Assembly: GCA_964474885.1 (NCBI GenBank)
Contig: CAYYWO010000001.1
Location: 102,722-166,721 of the forward strand
Source of the DNA: Candidatus Hadarchaeota archaeon
GTDB taxonomy: Archaea; Hadarchaeota; Hadarchaeia; Hadarchaeales; JAWBSP01
DNA: 64,000 bases
Reading direction: 5' to 3'
Shown: positions 48,338-58,070 of the stretch, piece after piece
Layout of the letters: every line of letters begins with the position of its first letter
Position numbering within the stretch: position 1 is the stretch's first letter
Notes under the pieces: generated by a model
Databases searched by the model: none
Told to the model about the DNA's origin: nothing
Seen by the model: only the letters and a program-made list of their open reading frames with translations
Program-made: the position numbers and the translations under genes

Positions 48338-51268
48338 TCAGAGCTTTTTGAGGATCAGCTGGAAGCGTCTGTTCTCGATCTCGTACTCTTTTGTGTAACC
48401 TTGGATGCTCGGAGAGGGAGAGAGTTTGAGGCTCCTTATCCTCACCTCGGTTTTTATGTAATCTTCCATCCTCTTTGCCCGCTCTAGGTCTTCTGGGCTG
48501 GCGACGATTTCTGCATCAACTTTCTCCTCCATCTGCAGGCCCATCTCCTTCCTCATCATTTGCATTCTTCTGACAATCTCCTTTACCATGGCCTCGTTTA
48601 AGAGCTCCTCAGTCAGCTCGGTGTCAACTATCACCCGCCCCCACTGACTTTTGTAGATGGATACTTTCTTGGGAAGCGAGACGGCCTGAGTGAGGAGGGT
48701 GAGTTTCTTGCAGTTTAGAGCTTGAGACAGCACATCCGAGAGTGGTTTCACTTTTTCCAAGGTATCCAGGGAGAGCTCGACTATGATTTCTTTAACCGGC
48801 CACCTCAGCTTGAGCCCTGCAGCCTGTCTTGCTGAAGCCCCCGCCTCGACGATCTTCCTGACGATTTCCATGGACTCCTCGAGCTCCGGATCCGTAAACC
48901 TAGGATCTGGCTTAGGCCAGTCCTGCTCGTGCACGCTTCCTTTTCCACCCAAATCAAGGTGTATGCGCTCAGCGAGGTGCGGCATAAAGGGAGCGAGGAG
49001 CCTCGTTAAGCACATGAAGGTCTTGTAGAGGACGAAGTAAACTGCTGTCTTCGATGGATCTTCCTCCTCAACCCAGGTCCTCCTCCTGACGAGTCTTATG
49101 TACCACCGGCTGAGATCCTCCTGTATGAACGTCCAGAGCGCTCTGGCAGCCCTGTGAAGCTCGTAGATTTCGAGTGCCGAGGTCACTTCTTTAATTAAAC
49201 GATTCAGCTTGGCTAGTAGCCACCTGTCCTCGATTTTCAAATTCGACAGGATTTCCCTTTCGTCTACTTTTTCAGGATCGAAGGCATCCAATGACATATA
49301 AGTCGTTGCAAAAACGTGGGCATTCCATAAAGTATTGACCAAGCGTGAGACCTCGGAGATCCCCTTCATGCTGAATTTGATATCTTCCCAAGGTGCGTTT
49401 GAGGACAGCAAGTAAAATCTGAGCACATCCGCTCCATACTTGTCCACTACCTCCAGCGGCTCAATCACATTTCCCAGAGATTTCGACATCTTCCTCCCTT
49501 TTTCGTCCAAGGCGAAGCCGTGCATGAGCACTTCTTTGTATGGAACGCTACCAAAAACGATTACGGAGGAAACCTGCTGAGCATAGAACCATTTTGTTAC
49601 TTGGTCCTCCCCTTCAGTTATGAAATCGGGAGGCCAAGGCTCCAGTCTCTGGTTGAGGAAGGGGTACCCCTGCGATGCCCACGCAGCTATGCTGGAGTCG
49701 AACCAAACATCCAGCACATCGGGGATTCTGTGCATCTTCCCTCCACAGTAAGGGCACTTGAGTCTTATCTTGTCCACCACCGGTCGATGCAAATCCATTG
49801 GTTTTTCCCCCCCGAGTTTGAGGAGTTCCTCCACGCTACCGATGAAGACCTCCCTTCCACACTCTCTGCACACCCAGATTGGCATCGGTATTCCCCAGTA
49901 TCTCTGTCTTGAGAGGCACCAGTCTCCCACGGATTCGACACCATTGATGTACCTTTCTTTCACCCAGCTGGGGAACCACTTGACTTCTTGGTTCTTTTGG
50001 AGGATGAGTTGCTTGATCGAAGAAGTCCGGAGGAACCACTGCTCTGTGGCCCGGAAGATCAGTGGTGTGTGACACCTCCAACAGTGGGGGTAAGAGTGCA
50101 CGATCGTTCCCCTCTTGACAAGAAGACCCTTACGTTTCAGGTCCTCTATGATTAGCTGATCTGCATCCTTGATGTAAAGTCCAGAGTATTTCCCTCCCTC
50201 TTGGGTAAACCTGCCTCTTGCGTCGACGGGACAGAAAACGGGGAGATTGTACTTTTTACCCACTTCAAAGTCCTCCTCCCCATGCCCTGGCGCCGTGTGC
50301 ACGCAACCAGTACCTTCCTCCAGGGTGACATGCTCTCCCAGGATCACGCGGTGTGCGAACTCTTTCTGCTTTGGGACTTCATCAAGCAGGGGGTGCACGT
50401 ACTCTAATCCCTCGAGCTTTGAGCCTGATTTTCTCCAAACAACCCGGTAATCTCTCCACCCAAGCTCCTGTGCTACTCTCTCAGCCAGTCCTTCTGCCAA
50501 GATGTATTTTTCGCCTCCAACCTCGACTTCGATGTACACGAGTTCTGGGTGAAGACAGACGGCAAGATTGGCGGGCAAGGTCCAAGGAGTGGTTGTCCAG
50601 ATGAGCAGGCATTCGTCTGGTTTCTCTTTTAACTTGAACTTGACGTAGATGGAGGGATCAGCCCTGTCTTTGTATTCCCCCCTCACCTCGTGCTCGGCCA
50701 ATGCGGTTTCGCATCTAGGGCACCAGTGAATAACCCGCAGGGATTTCTCGAGCAAGCCGTTCTCGTACGCCTTCTTCAGGCTCCACCAAGCACTCTCAAT
50801 GTATTCATTTTTCAGAGTCATGTAGGGGTCTTCCCAGTCCATCCAAACGCCGAGTCTTTTGAACTCCTCGGTCATCAGCTTGACATGCTCTAATGCCCAG
50901 CGCTTGCATTCCTGAACGAATTTATCTATACCCACTCGTTCTTCTATCTCCTTCTTAGAGTGGATGCCGAGGGACTCCTCAACTTTGACCTCAATCGGCA
51001 ACCCGTGACAGTCCCAGCCAGGCTGTCTGCGAACGTTGTAACCTCTCATCGTCCTGTACCTGAGGATAAGATCTTTGATTATCTTGTTCCAAGCGGTCCC
51101 CAAGTGTATAGAGCCGCTCGCATAAGGTGGACCGTCCAGAAAGTACCAGATGGGCCCTTTCGCCCTTTTCTCCTTGATCCTCTCATAGACTCGATTCTGC
51201 CGCCACCACTCTTGGATCTTTCTCTCGTCCGAGGGGGGACTGTACTGGCCTGCAGGCTGGATTCTCAT
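48338..51268 (-). CDS. ileS: Isoleucyl-tRNA synthetase
   Basis: DGPPYASG..HLGT, GWDCHGLP, WTTTPWTLP, SRQRYWG, KMSKS. Confidence 0.97.
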   Translation of the reverse strand: MRIQPAGQYSPPSDERKIQEWWRQNRVYERIKEKRAKGPIWYFLDGPPYASGSIHLGTAWNKIIKDLILRYRTMRGYNVRRQPGWDCHGLPIEVKVEESLGIHSKKEIEERVGIDKFVQECKRWALEHVKLMTEEFKRLGVWMDWEDPYMTLKNEYIESAWWSLKKAYENGLLEKSLRVIHWCPRCETALAEHEVRGEYKDRADPSIYVKFKLKEKPDECLLIWTTTPWTLPANLAVCLHPELVYIEVEVGGEKYILAEGLAERVAQELGWRDYRVVWRKSGSKLEGLEYVHPLLDEVPKQKEFAHRVILGEHVTLEEGTGCVHTAPGHGEEDFEVGKKYNLPVFCPVDARGRFTQEGGKYSGLYIKDADQLIIEDLKRKGLLVKRGTIVHSYPHCWRCHTPLIFRATEQWFLRTSSIKQLILQKNQEVKWFPSWVKERYINGVESVGDWCLSRQRYWGIPMPIWVCRECGREVFIGSVEELLKLGGEKPMDLHRPVVDKIRLKCPYCGGKMHRIPDVLDVWFDSSIAAWASQGYPFLNQRLEPWPPDFITEGEDQVTKWFYAQQVSSVIVFGSVPYKEVLMHGFALDEKGRKMSKSLGNVIEPLEVVDKYGADVLRFYLLSSNAPWEDIKFSMKGISEVSRLVNTLWNAHVFATTYMSLDAFDPEKVDEREILSNLKIEDRWLLAKLNRLIKEVTSALEIYELHRAARALWTFIQEDLSRWYIRLVRRRTWVEEEDPSKTAVYFVLYKTFMCLTRLLAPFMPHLAERIHLDLGGKGSVHEQDWPKPDPRFTDPELEESMEIVRKIVEAGASARQAAGLKLRWPVKEIIVELSLDTLEKVKPLSDVLSQALNCKKLTLLTQAVSLPKKVSIYKSQWGRVIVDTELTEELLNEAMVKEIVRRMQMMRKEMGLQMEEKVDAEIVASPEDLERAKRMEDYIKTEVRIRSLKLSPSPSIQGYTKEYEIENRRFQLILKKL

Positions 51269-51316
51269 TCAGTTGTTTTGGTCAAGCCTTAAACCTGCAA
51301 TTCGCTGTAGTGTGAG

Positions 51317-52279
51317 ATGGTCAGCGATATCTGGGTGGAGGCCTACAGGCCTAAGGTTTTGGATGAGATGGTGGGGCAACAGGAGATAGTCCAGAGACTC
51401 AAGGGCTTCGTGCGGAAGAAGGCAATCCCTAATATGATCTTCGCTGGTCCTCCTGGGGTAGGGAAGACGACTGCAGCCATCTGTGTGGCTAGGGAATTGT
51501 ATGGGGAGAACTGGCGGCAAAACTTTTTGGAACTCAACGCAAGCGATGAGAGGAAGATAGAGACCATCCGCACCAAGGTAAAGGAGTACGCAAGATCCAG
51601 ACCCGTTGGAAACTTTCCGTACAAGATCCTCCTCATGGATGAAGCGGATGCCCTGACTTCAGATGCTCAGCACGCACTGAGGCGGATGATGGAGATGTAC
51701 GCTTCTACCTGCCGGTTCATTCTGGATTGCAACTATCTCAGCAAGATAATAGAACCCATCCAGTCTAGGTGTGCGATCTTCAGATTCAGCAAGCTGACTG
51801 ATGAGGACATAGCAACCATGCTGAACAGGATCGCGAAGGCGGAGAAGCTCACTCTTCACCCCGATGCGGTGAAGGCCATAATCTACACCAGCGAGGGGGA
51901 CATGCGAAGGGCCATCAACATCCTGCAAGCGGCGGCCTCACTGTCGAAGAAGATCACCGAGAAATCCATCTTCGAAGTAACGGCTAGGGCCAGGCCTGGC
52001 GAGATAAAGGAGATGGTGGAGCTGGCACTCCAGGGGAAGTTTGAGGATGCTAGGAGGAAGCTCTATGAGCTACTGGTGGATCGCGGTCTCTCGGGCGAGG
52101 ACATAGTGGATCAACTTCACCGTGAGATCTTCAACCTGCAGCTACCGGAATCCATCAAAATGACACTGATCGAGAGACTGGGAGAGGTTGACTTCAGACT
52201 GACCGAGGGTGCGAGCGACAGGATACAGCTCGAAGCCCTCCTAGCCCATTTCGCACTCGTCGGCTCCAGACTAAAGTAA
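51317..52279 (+). CDS. rfcS: Replication factor C small subunit
   Basis: WVEAYRP, GPPGVGKTT, ELNASDER, DEAD, QSRC, GDMRRAIN. Confidence 0.96.
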   Translation: MVSDIWVEAYRPKVLDEMVGQQEIVQRLKGFVRKKAIPNMIFAGPPGVGKTTAAICVARELYGENWRQNFLELNASDERKIETIRTKVKEYARSRPVGNFPYKILLMDEADALTSDAQHALRRMMEMYASTCRFILDCNYLSKIIEPIQSRCAIFRFSKLTDEDIATMLNRIAKAEKLTLHPDAVKAIIYTSEGDMRRAINILQAAASLSKKITEKSIFEVTARARPGEIKEMVELALQGKFEDARRKLYELLVDRGLSGEDIVDQLHREIFNLQLPESIKMTLIERLGEVDFRLTEGASDRIQLEALLAHFALVGSRLK

Positions 52280-53020
52280 TTGAAGTCCCGAGTACCCGCC
52301 CTGTTCGTTCTGGCTTTGATCTCTTCCTGCTATGCACTGGATACGTACCCTCCGGAGATCATCTTCCTGCAACCTGAGTCCACCACGCTGACCACCGAAA
52401 ATCTGACGGTTAGGGTGAGGATCTTGGATGAATCTGGGGTCGATGTGGACTCCGTCAGACTGTTTTTGGACAATCAACTCGTTGCCTTCCAGTGGGAGGA
52501 CCGGAGCATTCTGAGGAGCGAGCTCAGTCAGCTGTCTGAAGGCCTGCATGTGGTTAGGGTTCAGGCTGCGGATAACGTTGGGAATCAAGGCTTCGCAGAG
52601 CTGAGGTTTAGGGTGTACTTCCCTACCCGGAGTATTTCCCTCGTCTCAGAGGATCTCTTCTCTTTAAATGGCGAGGCGGAGGCCTGTCTCATTCTTGTCA
52701 ATCCGCTTTCCCAAGCTTGGGACGAAGTCCTAACGGCAAAACTGGACGGAGTCTCGGTGGAAGCGCCTGTTCATGTGTCCCCCCGTGGTCGCGGGTATGT
52801 CCGGGTCCTGTTCCCGGTCGAGAACCTACCCCCAGGTGAGCACCGATTTGAGGTTTGGCGGCAAGGGCAACTCGTTTTCTCCTCGAGCGTGAGACTATTC
52901 AAAAAGGAGGAACTCCTGCCTCAGTGGGCTTGGTTCGTGTTGGCCGTCCCTCCCGTGCTGGTAGGCTGGAGGCTAAAGCGCAGGGAGAGGCCCGCCGAGA
53001 AACTGGCCGAGACGGTTTAG
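52280..53020 (+). CDS. Cell-surface protein with Ig-like domains and C-terminal TM anchor
   Basis: Signal peptide; DTYPPEI...DESGVD...EGLH.V.V.AADNVGN Ig-like pattern; TM plus basic tail; TTG start inferred. Confidence 0.7.
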   Translation: MKSRVPALFVLALISSCYALDTYPPEIIFLQPESTTLTTENLTVRVRILDESGVDVDSVRLFLDNQLVAFQWEDRSILRSELSQLSEGLHVVRVQAADNVGNQGFAELRFRVYFPTRSISLVSEDLFSLNGEAEACLILVNPLSQAWDEVLTAKLDGVSVEAPVHVSPRGRGYVRVLFPVENLPPGEHRFEVWRQGQLVFSSSVRLFKKEELLPQWAWFVLAVPPVLVGWRLKRRERPAEKLAETV

Positions 53021-53042
53021 TGTATAATTCCTGGATTAAAAA

Positions 53043-54848
53043 ATGAAGTTCTTCATAACCACGGCGATCGACTACCCCTCGACACCACCACACTTGGGCC
53101 ACGCCTATGAGAAGATATGCGCTGATGTGATTGCGAGGTATAAGCGTCTCAGGGGATTTCTCGTTCACTTTTCGACGGGAACAGACGAGCACGGGCTGAA
53201 GATAGAAAGGTATGCAACGGCTGCCGGGAAATCCCCTAAAGAGTTCGTGGATGAGATGTCCCAGAAGTTCAAGGAAATGTGTAGGGTTCTGAACATTTCC
53301 TATGACGACTTTGTCCGCACAACGGAGCCACGCCACGAGGAAGTGGCGAGGGAGGCCTTCAGGAAGCTGTGGGAGGCGGGGGACATATACAAGGGAGTTT
53401 ACGAGGGATACTACTGTGCCGAGTGCGAGACGTACTACACGGAGAGGGAGCTCAAGGATGGGAAGTGCCCCGTTCACGGCAAGCCCGTGGAGTGGATGAG
53501 GGAAGAAGCCTATTTCTTCAGGATGAGCAAGTACGCTAAAGAGATCCTGCGGCGCATCAAGGAGGATCCGAATTTCATCCTTCCCAGGGAAAGAGCCGAG
53601 GAGATACTGAAGCGTTTAGAGAAACCTGTCCGGGATCTTTGCGTTTCTAGGACTTCCTTCGACTGGGGTATAAGGCTCCCCATCGATGAGGGGCACGTGA
53701 TGTACGTCTGGGTGGATGCCCTGACGAATTATTTGACCACCGCCAAGGAGAAGAACCTGTGGCCCGCTGATGTGCACGTGATCGGGAAGGACATCCTGTG
53801 GCATCACACAGTCATCTGGGGATCCATGCTCCTCTCCATGGGGCTCCCTCTCCCTAGGCAGATCCTGGTCCACGGGTTTGTGACCTTGGGTGGCGAGAAG
53901 CTCTCGAAAAGTAGGGGGACGAGGATAGATCCAGTAGAACTCGCCCATAGGTACTCGACCGATGCCCTCAGGTACTTCATGATCAGGCACATACCGTTCG
54001 GTTCGGATGGGGAGTTCAGGGAGGAGGCCCTGGTGACGAGGTTGAACGAGGAGCTTGCGGACGTTTTTGGAAACTTTGTTCATCGGGTGACAAGCTTCAT
54101 CTGCTCGAGGTTCGGAGGAAAAGTGCCAGAAGGGAGCGTGGACGCAGAGATAAAGGAGCAGGTGCTACGGACGGTAAAGGAGGTCGAGCAGCTCATGGAC
54201 TCTTTCTCCTTGACGAGAGCGCTCGAGAAGGCTTTTTCGTTGGCTTCCCTCGGCAACGAGTACTTCCAGTCGTGCGAGCCTTGGAAGGGGGGCCCGGATG
54301 TGGGGAAGTGCTTGGTGACCTGTGTGAACCTCGTGAAAACCCTAGCGGTGATCCTGTATCCTTTCATCCCCGATGCATGCCAGAAGATCGCGCAGACGAT
54401 CGGGTTCGAGATAAAGAGCTGGGAGCAGGCGAAGGCTTTCGACTTGGCCTCTGGGCACCAGCTCAAAAGGAAGCCCGAGCCCCTGTTTAAAAAGATCAAA
54501 CCCGAGCCGAGAGGGGAAAAGGAGAAGGTCAGCCCGGAGGAGTTCGGCAGGCTGGATATCAGGGTTGGTGAGGTAGAGGAGGCTGAGAGAGTGAGCGGAT
54601 CGGAGAAGCTCCTCCGGCTGGTAGTCAGGCTGGGGGAGGACAGGCGCCAGATAATAGCGGGGATAGGCAGGAGATACGAACCGCCGGAACTGATAAACAA
54701 GCAGGTGGTAGTGGTGGCAAACATGGCGCCTAGGAAGATCATGGGCTTGGAGTCAGAGGGCATGCTCCTAGCGGTTGGAGAAAAGGAGGACGAAGTAGTC
54801 CTGCTGGTTCCGGAGCAAAAGGTCAAACCGGGGGCAGTTGTGAGATGA
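53043..54848 (+). CDS. metG: Methionyl-tRNA synthetase with C-terminal tRNA-binding (Trbp111-like) domain
   Basis: HLGH, GTDEHG, YVWVDAL, GKDIL, KLSKS; C-terminal LDIRVG...SEGMLL. Confidence 0.96.
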   Translation: MKFFITTAIDYPSTPPHLGHAYEKICADVIARYKRLRGFLVHFSTGTDEHGLKIERYATAAGKSPKEFVDEMSQKFKEMCRVLNISYDDFVRTTEPRHEEVAREAFRKLWEAGDIYKGVYEGYYCAECETYYTERELKDGKCPVHGKPVEWMREEAYFFRMSKYAKEILRRIKEDPNFILPRERAEEILKRLEKPVRDLCVSRTSFDWGIRLPIDEGHVMYVWVDALTNYLTTAKEKNLWPADVHVIGKDILWHHTVIWGSMLLSMGLPLPRQILVHGFVTLGGEKLSKSRGTRIDPVELAHRYSTDALRYFMIRHIPFGSDGEFREEALVTRLNEELADVFGNFVHRVTSFICSRFGGKVPEGSVDAEIKEQVLRTVKEVEQLMDSFSLTRALEKAFSLASLGNEYFQSCEPWKGGPDVGKCLVTCVNLVKTLAVILYPFIPDACQKIAQTIGFEIKSWEQAKAFDLASGHQLKRKPEPLFKKIKPEPRGEKEKVSPEEFGRLDIRVGEVEEAERVSGSEKLLRLVVRLGEDRRQIIAGIGRRYEPPELINKQVVVVANMAPRKIMGLESEGMLLAVGEKEDEVVLLVPEQKVKPGAVVR

Positions 54849-54849
54849 A

Positions 54850-54883
54850 CCGGGGACAGGGGGTTCTTCCCCCATGTCCCCGG
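54850..54883. terminator. GC-rich hairpin immediately after metG
   Basis: CCGGGGACA-GGGGG-ttctt-CCCCC-a-TGTCCCCGG: a 14-bp stem with one bulge between convergent genes. Confidence 0.6.
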
Positions 54884-54902
54884 GGCTGGCAGGGGTGTAG
54901 CT

Positions 54903-55109
54903 TTAAGTTGTGAGGTAACCCGTCTGCTTCGCTCTCTCCTTTATTTTCTCCAACCTTTCGACGTTCTCGGGATTGTTCATGAGATAGTTTTGGAGGATTG
55001 AGCGCACAACCTCACTTCTCGTGTTACCCAAGACTCCGATCAAACTATCTACCATCATCAAGATTGGACCCTCAACGAACACGCGGATCTCCTCCTTCTT
55101 AGCTGGCAT
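54903..55109 (-). CDS. Small ribbon-helix-helix (CopG-like) DNA-binding protein
   Basis: EIRVFV beta-strand followed by ...GNTRSEVVRSIL. Confidence 0.7.
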   Translation of the reverse strand: MPAKKEEIRVFVEGPILMMVDSLIGVLGNTRSEVVRSILQNYLMNNPENVERLEKIKERAKQTGYLTT

Positions 55110-55206
55110 TTTACTACCTGTTAACTGTCAGTTTACTGCTATTTAACCCTGTCGGTTCCGTTTTTAAGGTACATTACATTCTTTTGAGCCGACCAATTTT
55201 TGATTC

Positions 55207-55411
55207 ATGAGGGTTGAGATAAGCGAGCATATAGTCGTTGATGGCGAGGTCTGTCATGGAAAAATGTCTTCAAGGGCACAAGGATACTCGTTAGCGATGT
55301 GATCGAGCTTCTTGCGGCAGGCGTCTCCATCGCTGAGATCATGAGGACTATTACCCGAGCTTGAATGAGGAGACGATTAAAGAGGCGCTGAATTGGTTGC
55401 AAAAACTGTAG
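55207..55411 (+). pseudogene. Frameshifted DUF433 antitoxin
   Basis: MRVEISEHIVVDGEVCHGK / VFKGTRILVSDVIELLAAGVSIAEI / DYYPSLNEETIKEALNW over three frame segments. Confidence 0.82.
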
Positions 55412-55434
55412 GGGACGAGCACCACGTCAGATAC

Positions 55435-55751
55435 TCTAAAGTTTCTGACTTGAGAAAACATCCCAAAGCAAATCAAAATCTTCTTAAATCCAAGGGTCAC
55501 ACAGCAGTGTATCCGCCGTATGAAAAATAGAGCTAGCATCGTTGGCTGTTGGGGAGAGGTACATCCTGCTAACCAGAGATCATGACTTCGCGAATACTGT
55601 CGTGTATCCTCCGAAACAGTTTCACGGTACAATTGTCCTTAGTGTTCACCCTCCAAAAACTAAAAAACCGATTGGGGGGGGTCGAATCGCTACCAGCCAA
55701 AATCAGGGATTATGGAGGCAAACTGATAATCATAAAGGACGGAACCTTTGA
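55435..55751 (+). pseudogene. Disrupted DUF5615/VapC45-like PIN toxin
   Basis: KFLT*ENIP (stop at the catalytic Asp position), then ILLTRDHDF...HGTIVL in a downstream segment. Confidence 0.75.
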
Positions 55752-55847
55752 AATAAGGTAACGGAAAAGCTTGCACGAAAACCTAGAGAAATTCAGAGAA
55801 TGATTAATCATTGAAATCCTACTTGTTCACCTTCGCGTGCTCGACTT

Positions 55848-56477
55848 TCACCCACTCTTAACGAGGACGCTCGACCACAGGTCCTCGATGAGTAGGGAAC
55901 CGTTTTCGATCCTGAACCGGAAGCCCTCCTTGCGGTAGTTCTCGTTCAGCTCGGATAGCCAGTTCTCGTTCAGACTCAGATTCCGAATCAGCTCTGCCAG
56001 CCTAAGCATACGTTTAAACCTAGGTGTTTGTTGGACTTCGAGCCGCAGCCCCCACACGCACAGGCCCAGCACGTGCTGGAAAGTAGCCGGCAGGTCCCCG
56101 ATGAGGACAGGTCTCCCGTCGCCCGACCAAACAAAGCATTTCGTGATTTCCTGAACGGGGATGTGCACCTCTACATTGGGAAATCTCCAGGCATTCTCCA
56201 GCAATCTGGCTCTGGCCAAGATTAGTTGCAGGAGCTCGTTCTCCTCCCCTCCCCTGCTTCCCACCTCATAGACCGCGGCATTCACGACGGAGGTTAAATA
56301 CTGGTTGAACTCGCTCTCCACTGCCCTCCTCACGGCCTGAATGGTCTGGGCCGACTGGAGCAGGGTGGATCTCTCGACTCTCTCCGAAATCCCCGAGCGG
56401 AGCATGCTGGAGAACACCCAAGTGACCGTCAGGACGCCCAGCAGGAAGACGGTGAGGACGGCAACGCTCCCCTTCAC
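55848..56477 (-). CDS. Minor pilin-like protein
   Basis: GTG start overlapping the upstream stop; KG|SVAVLTVFLLGVL hydrophobic N-terminus. Confidence 0.6.
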   Translation of the reverse strand: MKGSVAVLTVFLLGVLTVTWVFSSMLRSGISERVERSTLLQSAQTIQAVRRAVESEFNQYLTSVVNAAVYEVGSRGGEENELLQLILARARLLENAWRFPNVEVHIPVQEITKCFVWSGDGRPVLIGDLPATFQHVLGLCVWGLRLEVQQTPRFKRMLRLAELIRNLSLNENWLSELNENYRKEGFRFRIENGSLLIEDLWSSVLVKSG

Positions 56478-56899
56478 GCTCTCACCTCCAGCCGCATCAG
56501 GAGCGGGGTCTCGGACCAAGCCGGGAAGACGGGAAAGCTACCGGAAACCTCAACTGGATGCTCAAGCTCCCCCCGGCAGATCCTTATCTCGCGGTTTTCC
56601 AGCCGGAAGACGACGGAGAAGTTTTCAATTCCCCAGAATGACATGTGGTCCTTGACCAGCTTTTCTATCGGATGTTCCCGGATGTTCAGCATGTTTTCCA
56701 AAACGATCAGGCAGAAGTCCTTGTTGTTTTCGCGCAGTCCGGTAAGGGCAAAGTAGAGGAGCCTTGTCCGGAGGTGACTCCTGCCCTGTTCCATACTTTT
56801 CACGGGATAGCTGGACCAGATCAAGGCAAGCGTGACCGCCGCTATGAGCGAGCAGAAGATGAACGAGAGCGTTATGACCTCAGCTATGCCTCCTTCCAT
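56474..56899 (-). CDS. Minor pilin-like protein
   Basis: MEGG|IAEVITLSFIF hydrophobic N-terminus; overlapping operon. Confidence 0.55.
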   Translation of the reverse strand: MEGGIAEVITLSFIFCSLIAAVTLALIWSSYPVKSMEQGRSHLRTRLLYFALTGLRENNKDFCLIVLENMLNIREHPIEKLVKDHMSFWGIENFSVVFRLENREIRICRGELEHPVEVSGSFPVFPAWSETPLLMRLEVRA

Positions 56900-57240
56900 A
56901 CCCAGACCTCCAGCCTAGCCGGCTCGCGGCTGAACAGGACTGGGAATTCGCAGTGCAGCCCCTTCCTCTCTTCTCCCAGCGTCTCCCCGTTCTCCAGCCA
57001 AATCCTCAGCTGGTATGAGTAAGTTTTATCACCCAGCTGAAGCTGTCCCGCCAGCGGTGTTTGCTGGGATAGGGAGGCGGGCGTTTCACCCATGCAGAGC
57101 TGGATCACGAGGAGCTGTGCGGCGCATTCGAGCTCCGCCCTCTGCAGGTTCCTTATGTGGATGCCGTAGGTGACCGCCAGGCTGCTGAAGAAGGTCAGGA
57201 GGGCGAGCAGGAGGAAGACGCTCAGGAGGAACTGCTGCAT
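56884..57240 (-). CDS. Small N-terminally anchored protein (pilin-operon member)
   Basis: Single N-terminal TM; overlaps its neighbours. Confidence 0.5.
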   Translation of the reverse strand: MQQFLLSVFLLLALLTFFSSLAVTYGIHIRNLQRAELECAAQLLVIQLCMGETPASLSQQTPLAGQLQLGDKTYSYQLRIWLENGETLGEERKGLHCEFPVLFSREPARLEVWVWKEA

Positions 57241-57581
57241 TTTTCCACCGAGATCCGCTGGTTCTCCAGTCGCACCACCAGCCTGTAGCTCCCGGACTCA
57301 AGGTAGAGCTCATGCGTGAAAGGGAGCTGAATTTCCTCGAACAGCCGATTTTCGATGAGGATCTTGTTTTCCACCAGCATCAGGTCGAGCGGTATGGAGA
57401 TCCGCACCTCCTGCTTGGAACCCAAGGCGATGCAGGATTGAATGGCTTGGAGGAGGCGGGTGGCTTCCCTCTCAGCCTGCTGGTAAGCCCTCACCTCCCC
57501 CAGCTTCTCTACGCCCAGACTGCCCAAGCCAACGATGAGGGAGCCCGTCAGGCAGAGGATCAGTAGCCTGAGAACACTCAC
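57222..57581 (-). CDS. Small N-terminally anchored pilin-like protein
   Basis: N-terminal TM, helix, then GSKQEVRI strand pattern. Confidence 0.55.
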   Translation of the reverse strand: MSVLRLLILCLTGSLIVGLGSLGVEKLGEVRAYQQAEREATRLLQAIQSCIALGSKQEVRISIPLDLMLVENKILIENRLFEEIQLPFTHELYLESGSYRLVVRLENQRISVEKCSSSS

Positions 57582-58012
57582 TTTACTCTGAGAGTGAAGG
57601 GTGCAGTTTTTTCGGCTCCATCCACTCCTTTTCCCCTCACCGTCAGGACGTACTCACCGGGCTGGACGATGCTCGACACGGTCAGGGTCATGGTCGAGTA
57701 GAAAGTAGGTTTGCCGGACGGCGGACTGAATGTGACCTTGATACCGGCTGGGATTTGGTCAACTGACAGGGAAACATTTTTGTCATAATCACCGATGGCC
57801 TGCACAGTCACCCGGACGGAAAGGCTGTTCTCCACCTCGGGATGTGAGAGCTCCCAGCTCTCTGGTTCCAAGCTCAAGTCGAAGCTGAAGACATGCTCAA
57901 TACTTTTTCCCGCTCTCTGATACAAGGTCAGGGCTAGACCTAGTCCCACAGCCGTTAGCAGGACACCAACCAGCAACTTCAGGGCAAGGGGCTCTATCCC
58001 GATTTTTTCCAT
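57578..58012 (-). CDS. Pilin-like protein with Ig-like domain
   Basis: MEKIG|IEPLALKLLVGVLL; FDLSLEP...VSLSV..P.G..VTFSP.SG.P...STMTLTV.....PG.Y.LTV.G. Confidence 0.65.
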   Translation of the reverse strand: MEKIGIEPLALKLLVGVLLTAVGLGLALTLYQRAGKSIEHVFSFDLSLEPESWELSHPEVENSLSVRVTVQAIGDYDKNVSLSVDQIPAGIKVTFSPPSGKPTFYSTMTLTVSSIVQPGEYVLTVRGKGVDGAEKTAPFTLRVK

Positions 58013-58070
58013 CCTCCTCTCAGTCCCTCTTAAAAAAGATGCATCCTTATTCTCGCATTTTGTTTTATGA

